Assembly: GCA_003990765.1 (NCBI GenBank)
Contig: RBNJ01000008.1
Coordinates: 47,312-67,311 of the forward strand
Reading direction: 5' to 3'
Source: Jimgerdemannia flammicorona
Taxonomy: Eukaryota
Length of the DNA stretch: 20,000 bases
Shown here: in pieces, positions 1-10,653 of the stretch
Position numbering within the stretch: the first letter of the stretch is position 1
How the letters are laid out: every line of letters begins with the position of its first letter
Notes under the pieces: generated by a model
Database searches by the model: none
Told to the model about the DNA's origin: nothing
Seen by the model: the letters and a program-made list of their open reading frames with translations, nothing else
Translations under genes and position numbers: made by a program

Positions 1-1699
1 ATCAATCAGGACCAAATATATATATACTAAGTACTTAGATACATCAAAATAGAAAACTACAACAAACCAAATAAATAATTATAACTCTTGAACATATATA
101 CAAACATGACCACTGAGATTTACAACTATATCTGGGCTGATATTTAGAATGTCATTGTCAACTGAGTCACCCCTCCTCTACTCCTTATGAATATCCATAG
201 CCTAGTACCTCTTTACTTTGTAGAAGCCTGATAGAATACCCTGAATATACTTAGTAAAGCCTACTGAATTGGACAAATCTCAAGCTACTACCAGATTAGC
301 TATCTCCTAAAAGATATAGTTGAATACTACTATAATATAGACATTATTCAAATATCTCAATACCAGAAACTCATTACCTGCAAACACTGAGAACTCTTCT
401 ATGAGTATAGTACCTTTATTTTCTATCTCTAAGTTACTACTACTGAAATGATTGCCACTCTGTCCTATAGCCAAATTGATAATATAGTATAAGAACTCAA
501 CTATAAGTATATTGAGTATATTCAAACTATAAACAGAACCTTCCTATATCCTGATGACCACATTCTATAAATACTCCAAGTTGGATATACCATGAAGGAT
601 ATCTACAATATAATTTAGTTCAATAATGATAAAGCAGAAGATAATGATCTCTCTAATACTAATATGATCTTTAGCTAAGGATCTCTACCAGCCCTAATCA
701 CTCTACCAATCTTGCTGATGAACTTACAATAGTTTATAATCACCTATAAGACCTATTGGGATAATGATCACTAGTATAAGTATCAATCTATATTCATATT
801 TAATTACTTCAACTATAATGAAGAGACCAAAGAATATAATTTATACCTCTAGACAACTTTTGAGATTGAACTAACAACTTCACTACCCAAGTATGAGTGA
901 TATAAATAACAGCCACTAGCTTATTACAATCCAGCAACACATAGTACCATAACCTATAGAAGATATACAGATAGCAAATTTGATAAAAGCAAAGATAATA
1001 TATTCTTTCTTTGCCCACTAACTCTATATTCAGTATATGAGACAGATAATGCTATCTTATAAGATAATAATGAGGTCTCAATGTATTATTATCTGAGTGA
1101 ATAGAGAGAAGTGATCTGAGAACCACTCTTTCTAGATGACTACTTCATCAGAGATGATGTCATTAATAGTAATGTCATTGAAAATTACTCAGATAGTATC
1201 TAAATCTATAGATAGCTTAGCAGTTATTAGTATAGTTAGATTAGTCTTGTACAATATAACTGTATACTAACTCAGTAGTCAGACAATCTCTTGATATGTC
1301 AGTTCACACTTATACTATATGACTGCATTCTGACTTAGCAAGACACTAAGTATTATATTCATATCTAGTATAGTTCAGATAGTCTTCTATTAGTATAAAT
1401 ACCCTCTCTCTCAGACCTCAGAATCTCAGACTTGAACAATCTAAATACAACTTTTGAAAACTTTCCCACAATATCTCTTCACACAACTACTCCTAGTATA
1501 GTAATATCATGAATAGTAAATAAACCTATTTAATAACCCACAAATTACTCTTAAGTAAATCTGTACTCTATTTGGTCTCACTCTTAACTATATCATAAAA
1601 TTTCCTAATTAGATATTGTCTGCAGCAATATACCAATTCAACTAAGCTGGTCTTAGTTTCTTAAACTTCTTGAAATATGAAAAATCCTGAATATCCAGA

Positions 1700-2620
1700 A
1701 CTAGTCTGAATAAGGACTTTAATTGAGATATTAACCTGATCTTGAAATCAATAAGTATAAAGGATGTACTCTATGAAATTGATCTTGACCTAAAGAAAAT
1801 AGTCTCCCAGAATACCCAGAACTTTCAGAAAACTCTTTCAGAACTATGTAATAGTACTTTTATAAGTAACTCTCTTATATGAATTGTCTTTAAGGCAGAA
1901 TTAGTTCAGCAGTTAGGATTTACTTAACTATAGTCTTGATTTTTACCAGATATCATTATTGGTAATTATAACTAACTAGATATCCTTGTTCTTGGATCTT
2001 TCTTGTGAACCATTCTGATAGTATATCAAATAAATAGTCTGCTCTTATACTATTTTATGCTTCATCATTAGCAATATATCTTAGGCCAATAGTATTCAGG
2101 AGTAACTTAAGTTTTATATAGAAGGTTTCAAATTTCTCCTTACTATATATATCAAATTTGAGATTGCAGAGTTTTACTTGGGATTTGGTAATTAGAGTTT
2201 TACTATGATATTGAGTAATTATAAGTTATTTGAGCTCAGGGGTTGTAGAGTGGTCTCTATATTCTGGAGTATTATTTGCTATATTTTGAGCAATAACTAC
2301 AGATTGAGTATCCTATGTGAGGAGTTTTTCAGGAAGAGTTTACTACTATTCTTCAGCAAGTCCTTGGAAGAATGTAACAACTTGATGAATATAGACTATA
2401 GTAGTAGCAAAAAGTTATTTGATAGTGTGGTCTTAGTTGTTTGTTAAGAGGTAGTCAGTAACTTACTTATTGCTCTATTGATTGGCTTTAAAATTGATAT
2501 CAACTATACTAATAAAGCTTTGGACTTTCTGTACAATACCATTGAAGGTAAATAGGTTCAGACTTTTTATAAGTTGGGTCTGTTTGGCTAAGATAGTAAT
2601 AGTTACTACCATTATGACTA
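1700..2620 (-). pseudogene. Degenerate Ty3/gypsy-like gag relic
   Basis: Manual minus-strand translation gives KSLNLFTFNGIVQKVQSFISIVDINF (~2570-2490), VVTFFQGLAEE**.TLPEKLLT* (TAG TAG read as decayed TGG TGG; gag-like G.A..WW....TW) and LCNLKFDIYSKEKFETFYIKLKLLL (~2172-2100). Many stops; no pol recognised. Confidence 0.45.
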
Positions 2621-3449
2621 TCTGGGCTATAAGGTCTAGAATCTATTAGTTTGCCATATTGTTTACTAAAAATAGTTATACTATTAGTAATAGTATTACT
2701 GATATGACTTGAGATACTGATACAGAGTGTAATGGTATTCTTTGAGTCTATATAAGTTGCTAAAGTAACTATTGTTGGTCTGGTATAAGAGCTTGATAAA
2801 TAACTATCTATTGCTCTATAGGTGTATTTTGTCCTGAGGGAGATATGTCTTCTTTGGTAGTATATATATCTAGGATTGAATTCAGTGAGATACTCCTCCT
2901 TCTCTTTGCTTAGGTTCTCTTGTAGTTGAGTTTATTCAATATTAAAGTAGATAGTATCAGTTATATATTGGATTTCAGATAAGCTTAATTCAAAATCTAG
3001 TTCTGGTTCAGTGTTAGCTTTGGTTTTAGATAGAGTTATTATAGGGCCTGCTTCTAGTTTAGAGTTAGGTTATTGATGAAGAGTTTCTCTTACTTCTTTT
3101 TTAAGAATATAATGGGTCTTACAATTCTGAAAATAGTAATATAAGGCAATCTTGGTCCTGGTATGGTGATAGTCAGTAAAGTTGAGCTACTTAGCTACAG
3201 AGACTTGTGCTTTATAAGAAACTTAGGCTAGAAAGATAGCTGCTAGTTGTCCTAGATCACTCAGATTTATAGAGCTAACAAAATTCTTATTGAGAAAAGT
3301 AAAGAAGACTTCAATAAGACCTTCTTTGTCTTGACTTGCATAGTGTAGAGTAAGGAGTTCAGTATATAGAGTTTTATCTATCTGCTGATTTAATTAGAGT
3401 ACTTCTTTTTATAGATGAAGCCTGTCTCACTTATTGTAGATATAGAGGT

Positions 3450-5039
3450 CAAATTGTCCCAAAATAGTATTTCTTTACTCAACTAACTACTGTTTCTACC
3501 ATTCTTGATGCAGTAGAGATTCATATATAGAGAAGTAGATTTCCAGATAACAGACCATCTCTCTTACTAGAACAACTGCTCCAATCACATCTCTCTCTAC
3601 TATTCCTTCTCCTAACATCAGAGTCTTATATATACTTATATCAGTTCAACTTGATACCAGAGTATCCCTCATACTATTCTATGGTCCCCTTCAGTATAGC
3701 CATATCTTCTATAGAGCTCAGTCTAACCACCATATTATCAACAAAGACCCCTACCTTCCAATTGACTCTAAGAATATTTAACTCCCCCACTTTATATCTA
3801 AATCTGTTCAATAGAGACTCCAGAGAGAGGGTATAAAGAATCAGTAACAGCAGATTCTCTTGTAGCACTCCTTTGCCCAGGGGAAATAAACTCTTCTTAT
3901 ACCTATTAATCAATATTGTTGTCTGACTCTCCTCTAATAGCCTGATCAATGATTGTCTAAACTCTGAGAGAATACCTATATACTTCAGTACTCTCACCAG
4001 CTACACTTGCTGGACCCTATCATATGTATGCCTTCTCTTAGTTCAGAAAAACTAGCTAACCATCTACCCCTATAACTCATACTCTTTCAATAACTCTATA
4101 CATCTATGTCATCTCATCTCATATCAAGTATCTCTCAATAAAGTTCCTCTGTTCAGCCCCCAGTACCTACAGAGCTACCTTTTATAATCTAGCTATTAAT
4201 ATCTTTATAACTAACTTATAATTTATATCCAAAAGTATAATCAGCCTCTAGTTCTTCTACTCCTCCTATCTCCTCTTATTCTTATACAACAGAGCTACCA
4301 GTTCTAGATACTGTCCCCCAATCCACTCCTCTGATCCAATAATCTCATCATATATCTACATCATCTCCTCTAGAGCCAGCTCCATATCTGCCATCTTCTT
4401 TTAGAAATTCTAAGATAGGTCATCCTTCCCAAGAGTTATCCTGAGACTTGTTGTTGTCAAAACCCTATATACATATCTCTCCACTTTGGACAGATACTTT
4501 CAGATCTCTAAGACTCTCTGTTGGGTCTGGATACTAATTCTCCAGATGCTATTCAATGTCTAGAACATCTTCTCTACTCTCTTTCTTGCTCTATAAATAC
4601 CCTCACCTTGAACTCAACTAGTCTAAGATCTCTGAATTTCTAACCACTATCTCTTCTATCTCATTCAATACTCTCTTCCACTATTGTCTCACTCTCTTTG
4701 CCTAAAGAAGTCATGATATAAACTTCATAGATTACTTCTCTCTTTGATACTCTATCATCTCAACCAGACAGCCATACCCTTTACCTGTAGATCTTTCTTC
4801 TATTTCAGTATCTCCTTTAGCTTCTCTACCTTAAGTTAGATCTACTGAATCCTCTAATCTCTCTTCTCTCTATTATTCAGCAAATCTACCTAGATCAATA
4901 ACAACTTCTCCAAACTCTGAGAGGCCCACCATAATTGAATCCTTTTCTCATTATCTCTCATCTTCTCTTCCTTCCTTCAGAACCTTTGAGCATCTGATTT
5001 CAAATACCACTACTAGTCTCTGATCTCTAGTCTCCTTGC
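3450..5039 (-). mobile_element. L1/Tx1-like LINE ORF2 fragment (linker plus RT domain), heavily decayed
   Basis: ORF 3674..3997 reads GKGVLQENLLLLILYTLSLESLL...KVGVFVDNMVV, matching GRSVLQGDLLSPILYVLLLELL...KVGTFVDNMVV at ~14230-14075. The DNA aligns collinearly by eye with ~13830-15350 (e.g. 4235-4290 with 14575-14635; 4385-4430 with 14725-14775; 4880-4930 with 15220-15270). Confidence 0.85.
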
Positions 5040-5049
5040 TAGTACTCTG

Positions 5050-5310
5050 AATGAGTCAGTTTGAACTAGTTTAAATTGTAACTATTCCTGATTCAAACTG
5101 ATTTAAATTAATCATATAATCAATTTAAACTAATCTGAATTAGTTCAAATTCATTATATAATTAATTTGAATCAGTTTGAATTGTGACTTCTCTGATCCA
5201 AACCTCCAAACTAGTGATTCATATTACTGAATTCAAATTACTGAATTTGAATTACTGAATTTGAATTATTGAATTCAAATTACTAGATTTGAATTATCTG
5301 ATTTGAATCC
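5050..5310. repeat. Subterminal repeats of the hAT element, including ~6 copies of a 14-bp unit CTGAATTYRAATTA (~5227-5310)
   Basis: ctgaattcaaatta, ctgaatttgaatta x2, ttgaattcaaatta, ctagatttgaatta, tctgatttgaatcc. Alternating TTCAA/TTTGA implies ancestral TTCGA. Confidence 0.8.
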
Positions 5311-5413
5311 TATGAACAAATAAAACTTATTACATGATTTACTTATATGTATAAATAGAGGAACATGAGAGAAAAATATTTATAGACATATTCATAAATA
5401 CAAATATAAATAA

Positions 5414-5448
5414 ATATATATATATATACATGTATATATATATATATA
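5414..5448. repeat. (TA)n microsatellite interrupted by CATG
   Basis: atatatatatatatacatgtatatatatatatata, directly upstream of the transposase ATG. Confidence 0.9.
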
Positions 5449-5452
5449 TGCT

Positions 5453-6127
5453 ATGTCAATATCAATATCAATAGATCAGTTATAAGTATTTTCCAATACT
5501 GGTAATACTTCAAGTCAGACTTCTTCTTTAAATAATATTTCATACTATACTCCTCATTCCAAAGTTTAGCAATATTATATCAAAACTAGGAAAAATGAAG
5601 TTACTTACAAGTATTATAGGTAATTTTTTTTTTTTTTTTTTTAAAAAATAATAAAACTTATAATTGCATTGAATATATTTATAGTTTATTTGATATAAAT
5701 ATAAAAAATTTAAAATATAGGCAGAAATATAAAATATATAGTGGTTTTATAACAAATATGATAAAGTATATAAAGGCTCAACATTTAGATAAAATGGAGT
5801 TAAACATAGTATTAAGTAAAATTGATATTCTAGCTATAGTAAGTGGGTGATCTCTTTTTTATCTAAATATAAATTTGAAAATATATCTTTTATACTTAAA
5901 AAAAACCCCCCTAAATTTAGCTATATTCTGCCTTAGAGTTTCAAAATTGACTTATTCATTGGATTATATATAATGATCAACTATTTACTATAATTGAGAG
6001 TACTTTCTTATAAAGTCTCTTTGGTCTTCTCAAGTCTGATTTATACACTCCAAGTACTGATACTATTTATAATGATATTATGGAGACTTATAAAAAAGAA
6101 TATAATAATCTCCATCAAAAGCTTTAG
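5453..6127 (+). pseudogene. hAT transposase N-terminus with BED zinc finger; exons 5453-5619, 5721-5838, 5921-6127
   Basis: Removing GT-AG introns 5620-5720 and 5839-5920 keeps one frame: SKV*QYYIKTRKNEVT-Y-KY-Y-RQKYKIYSGFITNMIK-Y-IKAQ-H (BED pattern S.VW.Y...CxxC...HxxxxH with W>*, C>Y, H>Y transitions). It continues F.N*LIHWIIYNDQLFTIIE...LLKSDLYTPSTDTI, a typical hAT segment. A third donor GTAAA lies at 6128. Confidence 0.8.
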
Positions 6128-6134
6128 GTAAAAT

Positions 6135-6483
6135 AGAGGAAGAAGAAGACCCAGTGGGAGCCAAGAGAGCAAACCCAGAGCCAGTGTCAAAGTGAATAGA
6201 AGATATGTGGAAAGGTGTGTATAAGAGGGATGAACAAAGAACATAACTGAAAATGTATCAGCCATTTATTGCTACATAAAAATGAGGTCCTTATATACAA
6301 AATATGATATTCCAAAAGAGAGGACATGCCACAACTTGAGGCAAACTGAATTAGGAACCACATGACTACCAGAGATAGGTGGAGATAAAGGGGGAGCCAA
6401 TCCCAGTTGCAGGATAAAAATCACAAATAAACACAAACAAAACAAATCCAAATCGAGATTAAAAAACATCTGCAGACCCTGGA
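6135..6483 (-). repeat. 3' direct terminal repeat (pseudo-LTR) of the PLE
   Basis: agaggaagaagaag...catctgcagaccctgga matches 9791-10138. Manual count is about 36 substitutions (all transitions) plus 1 indel over ~348 bp. Confidence 0.95.
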
Positions 6484-6742
6484 GAGGTGAGTGTGAGTGA
6501 GGGGTGAGACCGAAATGGAGTGAGCCACAGTGAGCCCAAGCAAAGCAAGAGGCTGAAGACAGCAGAGGAGAGTGGAGTAAGACCGAGACCCTGGAGTAAG
6601 TGCAAGACTCCAGAGGGAGCAAGGATGTTTTTTAATCCTCTCCAGCAGAGCTAGAGGCACTAGAAGGTGACAAAAATGCAAAATGAGAGTGATAGATTAA
6701 AGAAGAAATAGAAGAAAGATGTGAACAAGCAATCAGAGGGCA

Positions 6743-8650
6743 TCAAGAAAGAGATGAAAGTCTATGGTGTGAAAGAGAAGAGCACAGGACAGAATCAGGG
6801 TATTGAGCAATCCAATAAGCATGATCAAATGGTATGATAAGAATCAGGGATGGAAAAGAAGAGGGGATATAGAGAGGGTAAGGGGGGAGGGAGAGAAGGG
6901 AGGGGGGATAAAGAGGAGAGAGTAGGGAAGAGCAAACAACAGACCATTCAACAGAAGCAAGCAGATTGCAAATGATAGAAATAGGGTAGGCATGATGATA
7001 GACCATGAAGTTGCTAAGAACCCGAACAGCAGACACCCAGTCAGAACAATGGGAGCAGCATAGTGTAAGACAACAAGCCTCATCATGAATGCATTCAAGA
7101 AGAGTACGATGAGGATAATTGGACAAGAAGTCAGAGAACTGTTGGGAATGGGGAAAACAGGAATAAACAATAGTTTGGAAAGGAGAAAGAGAAATGAAAA
7201 GGTCCAAAAAGGGGATACTAGTCATACCACATACCCAGATAATAGAATGGTGGGGAGGGTAGATACCCAGGAATACACTAGAGATATCAACACTAGTAAT
7301 AGTGAAGATGATAAAGTCATCAATATATCGGCAAAAGAAGATATCCCTAGCCCAGAATGCAATGGAAAGAGGTGAAGAAGTATTACATATCACATGCAAT
7401 TCATGGGCCAGACCAATGAGGTTGGCAAGAGTGGGGGCACAATTTGTTCCCATGGTAATACCAGAAGTCTGGTGAAAGGAGCTAAGGACTGACTCAAAAT
7501 AATTGGAGCCACAGACAAGGAGTATAAGCTCAACAATGGAAGCTAGCAAAACTGGAGAGTCCAAAGGAAAAACAATGGAACCCAAAAAGCAAAGGCAAGC
7601 ATTGATCTCATCAAAATGAATAGTAATATAAAAGGAGGAGAAATCACCAGAGACCAAATGGGAAAAATGGTGAATAAGCACAATGGTGGAGCAGAGAAGG
7701 GTGAGCTCCTGAGTATTATGAAGAATAGTATACTCAGACCCAAGATGGTGTTGTAGGAGAGCCATCCAGGAGAGGAAGAAGCAGGATAACCACTTTGAAA
7801 TCTCAGTGGTAAGGGAACTATAAGCAGCCATAATGGGATGCCAAGCCAAAGTAGGCTTGTGAACTTTAGGAAGAACATAGAAAACTGGAAGAGAAATATC
7901 TGGAGAGGACAAAGAGTCCTGGAAGAAGTTAAAAATGGGGTTCACAAATGGAGAATCCAAAAGTGATCTGGCGCAAGTCAGAGAAACCTGAAGAAGAGTG
8001 AGAATCTCATCCAATCCAAGAGTGCTAGGCTCATAAGCCATGGCTCGAAGGAGGGCAGAAAGGCCATCAAGGTAGAGCAACTTAGGAATAAGTACAAAAC
8101 CCTAATTCTTATCAGTGACTATGAGCAAGTACATGGGCAACTGCTTGACCAATTTAAGTGTGGTATGCATGACACAGTCCAAAACCAAGCAAGAGTGAGT
8201 GTGTCTGGGAATGGACAGCAAGCAAGCCATGTTGAGGAATATACAGTATGAAGAGACATTAGGAGGGGGGACCTAATCACTAGGAACAAAATAGTGAGAG
8301 AGCATCTCACCACAATCTTGAAAGAATATGGTAAGGTCAAGAGTATGACAAAAATGTGCAAGACAGGCCAGATCGGTGAAAGAAAATTGTGAGGGAGTCA
8401 CAGGAAAAATGAAGTGAGGACTCAAGGATAAGGCAAAGACTTGAAGGGGAGAAAGGGGGCAGTCAGTTGAAGAAAAAGGAGGAGACAAAAGAGTTCCAAG
8501 AGAAGAGTAAACCCAAAAGTTTGGGACAAGCAACTGGGAAAGGTGAAGGGAGAATAATATGAGAAACTACTCAAGACACACCAGAAGTGATGACAGAATC
8601 TGAGAAGGGACAGGGACACTGGGGGAGAACTACACCAGGGGGAAGTTTAA
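6743..8650 (-). pseudogene. PLE reverse transcriptase (ORF2); open 6743..8080, same frame extends upstream through a few stops
   Basis: One frame holds LSPLQVFALSLSPHF...F.H.LDL.IFF, IVTDKN*G.VLI, PVFYVLPKVHK...WHPI, GDFSSFYITI, GITMGTNCAPTLANL, FCRYIDDF, IPFLDL, SNYPH...I.DEA...CS and HAYP. These match the PLE RT motif series (ADK.G, LPKIHK..RPI, G.AMG..AP..ANL, RYIDD, FLD). Confidence 0.9.
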
Positions 8651-9747
8651 GAGCAGGAGACCTTCCCCTTCCCTCTGACTTTTTTTGAAGGCAGTGAGCC
8701 CAATGAACAGGAGCACACCCCGTCAGAGTGCCAGACCTTATGGCCACAGGCTTTTATACAGCCCTTACATTCAGGGGCATGGGTGGAGGAGGTGGAGGAG
8801 GAACTGACAGAGGAGGCTGAAGGCAAGCGAGCAGCTGAAGAGGCAGCAGCACAAGAAACACCACTGTGAGGACAGATGGACTTGGCTGGGTACCAGTAGG
8901 CATGGTGGAGGTGACTGAAGCAGACAGCACAAGGCCAGGCCCTGACAGGGTGAGAACCAAGTTGGCGGTCATACTTGGGGGCAGGGGAAATAGAGGAGGA
9001 AGCCTTGGTGGGAGAGGGAAACTGAGAAGAGACCAATGAAGCCTGGTTCGGCTTGGTGGGGGTCTTAGTGGGGGTCTTGGAGGGGGCCTTGGCAGTGGTG
9101 GTGGCGAAGGAATAGACCTCAGTATGAGCAGCAGTACAAGCTTCGGCATGAATGGCCTCAGAGACTGAAACCTTGGGGGAGGCAGGCAGGGGAGCAGTGG
9201 TGGTGGTGCAGGCAGCAGCAGCAGTATGTGATGTCTCTTGCTTGTGAAGGTGAGCAACAAAAGAAGTGCTGGCAAGGAGAAAATGATGCACAGCATCGAT
9301 GTCAGCAGTGACAGAAGGAATATCTTGGATGGTGAAGCCACAAAAGAGGGCAGCATCCAAAAGGCAAGAGGAGGTAAAGGCCATGAAGGTGGCACAGGCA
9401 TGGTGGAAAGAGGCAGAAGTGGTGGCAGCAGAAGTGGTGGCAGCATCAGCAGTAGCAAGCTTGGTGGTAGCAGTGGCAGTATGAACCTCTTTGGAGAGAG
9501 CTTGGTGGTAGGCCTCAGGGAGAACAGAGTAGCAGATGGCAGGCAGAGCAATGACATCAATGTCATGGCAGAGATGAGCCTCCTTGACAGAGAGGACAAG
9601 AACCAACTGAAACTGAGAGAGGAGTGGACAACCAGAGGGACGAAGGTTCAGGGGGAGGGAAAGGATGGCAGTCAAGATATAGGTCTCAAACAAGACAGTG
9701 GTGGGGGTGAAGGTAGGGGGGGGAGGAGGAGGAAGAGTCTCATCCAT
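8647..9747 (-). CDS. PLE ORF1: Ala/Thr/Pro-rich gag-like protein with a degenerate CCHC zinc knuckle and basic C-terminus (366 aa from ATG 9747)
   Basis: Uninterrupted frame starting MDETLPPPPPP, 44 nt downstream of the pLTR. CAVCFSHLHHAYWYP fits Cx2Cx4Hx4C with the last C>Y (TGC>TAC). A second cluster reads CKGC...HSDGVC and the protein ends KKVRGKGK. The His/Cys excess is probably decayed Arg (CGN) codons. Confidence 0.7.
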   Translation of the reverse strand: MDETLPPPPPPTFTPTTVLFETYILTAILSLPLNLRPSGCPLLSQFQLVLVLSVKEAHLCHDIDVIALPAICYSVLPEAYHQALSKEVHTATATTKLATADAATTSAATTSASFHHACATFMAFTSSCLLDAALFCGFTIQDIPSVTADIDAVHHFLLASTSFVAHLHKQETSHTAAAACTTTTAPLPASPKVSVSEAIHAEACTAAHTEVYSFATTTAKAPSKTPTKTPTKPNQASLVSSQFPSPTKASSSISPAPKYDRQLGSHPVRAWPCAVCFSHLHHAYWYPAKSICPHSGVSCAAASSAARLPSASSVSSSSTSSTHAPECKGCIKACGHKVWHSDGVCSCSLGSLPSKKVRGKGKVSCS

Positions 9748-9790
9748 GAGCTCATATGAGAACAGAGGCCCTGAGGGCAGGCAGTATAGC

Positions 9791-10138
9791 AGAGGAAGAA
9801 GAAGGCCCAGCAGGAGCCAAGAGAGTGAACCCAGAGCCAGTGTCAAAGTGAATGGAAGATATGTGGAAAGGCATATATAAGGGAAATGAATAAAGAACAT
9901 AACTGAAAATGTATCAGCTGTTTATTGCTATATAAAAACAAGGTCCTTATATATAAAATATGACATCCCAAAAGGGAGGACATGCCATAACTCAGGGCGA
10001 ACTGAATTAGGAATCAATGACTGCTGAAGATAGGTGGAGATAAAGGGGGAGCCAATCCCAGTTACAGGATAAAAATCACAAACAAACACAAATAAAACAA
10101 ATCCAAATTGAGATTAAAAAACATCTGCAGACCCTGGA
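9791..10138 (-). repeat. 5' direct terminal repeat (pseudo-LTR) of the PLE
   Basis: Direct copy of 6135-6483; lacks the TG...CA termini of true LTRs. Confidence 0.95.
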
Positions 10139-10653
10139 TCAGACCAGGTCCCTGGCATTTTCCACACCCATTGTCGTCCATCAGACCCAAATCAATTGAT
10201 CTTCATCTCATCCAAGAATATTACACATTTCCAATTGTCGATCATCCAGTCTTTATACTTACATGCAAAATCATATTGAGCTTTGGTATGCTGGCATAGT
10301 AGTCTGGGCTTTTTTTGCTTGACGGCGACTTTCAAACTGGCCTCTTTCAGGGCCCGATGTATGGTTTGAGTGCTTACAATTGGTTTGCTATCTTCTTGGA
10401 GTAATTTTGAGGCCTTTGGCAGTGTATCCATCTTGCCACCAGTCACTTGATGAATGAGCCATGATTTATCATGAGCTGAGAGTTTGCTCAGATAGCCTCC
10501 TTTCAAGATGACATTGTCATCATAATAATCCCTTCTAATATAGATGATCAATGTTTGGCTAATGCCCATCTCATTTGTGATTTTTCATGTCATTATGCCA
10601 GAATTCAGCATATTGATGATGGTGTTGTATATATCCAAGGAGAGTTTCTTCAT
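10139..10653 (-). pseudogene. Tc1-family transposase, truncated shortly after the first catalytic Asp
   Basis: MKKLSLDIYNTIINMLNSGIMT*KITNEMGISQT (HTH) ... VSTQTIHRALKEASL...KKPRL...FACKYKDW..DNWKCVIFLDEMKIN*FGSDGRQWVWK. Both TGA stops fit CGA>TGA. Confidence 0.92.

Larger units (their letters stand above)
5040..6134 (+). mobile_element. hAT-superfamily DNA transposon, left end only (3' part missing)
   Basis: LINE homology stops at TAGTACTCTGAA (5040), a hAT-like terminus. Dense subterminal repeats and a spliced BED-finger/hAT transposase N-terminus follow. The element is cut at ~6134 by the PLE repeat. Confidence 0.75.
6135..10138 (-). mobile_element. Penelope-like retroelement without GIY-YIG endonuclease (Coprina/Athena-like): pLTR-ORF1-RT-3'UTR-pLTR
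   Basis: PLE-type RT motifs, direct repeats at both ends and an upstream ORF1. No endonuclease, RNase H or integrase motif was found by manual translation. Confidence 0.85.

Noticed and set aside
1-730. Possible decayed plus-strand ORF in frame 1
   Set aside because: Stop density is about what AT-rich DNA gives by chance, and no motif was recognised.
1100-1510. Possible solo LTR (purine tract near 1100, TATAAATACCC at ~1394, ends in CA)
   Set aside because: No second copy, clear TG start, PBS or TSD in the window.
4590-4610. TATAAATACCCTC shared with ~1394, suggesting an LTR pair
   Set aside because: Only ~13 bp match, and this site lies inside the collinear LINE ORF2 fragment.
6122-6130. 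TTTAGG near the PLE 3' junction as a telomeric repeat
   Set aside because: Single copy, fully explained by the hAT exon end and donor site (CTT TAG|GTAA).
8754-9759. Overlapping 281-aa Pro/Leu-rich ORF (-) and 173-aa Gly/Ser-rich ORF (+)
   Set aside because: Shadow frames of the low-complexity, strand-skewed ORF1.
9748-9900. Hydrophobic N-terminal extension of ORF1 (signal peptide/TM-like), also ORF 6041..6265
   Set aside because: Lies mostly in the pyrimidine-rich pLTR and starts at a non-preferred upstream codon; the hydrophobicity is compositional.
6135-10138. LTR or DIRS retrotransposon interpretation
   Set aside because: The RT motifs are PLE-type; there is no protease, RNase H, integrase or tyrosine recombinase, and no TG...CA termini.
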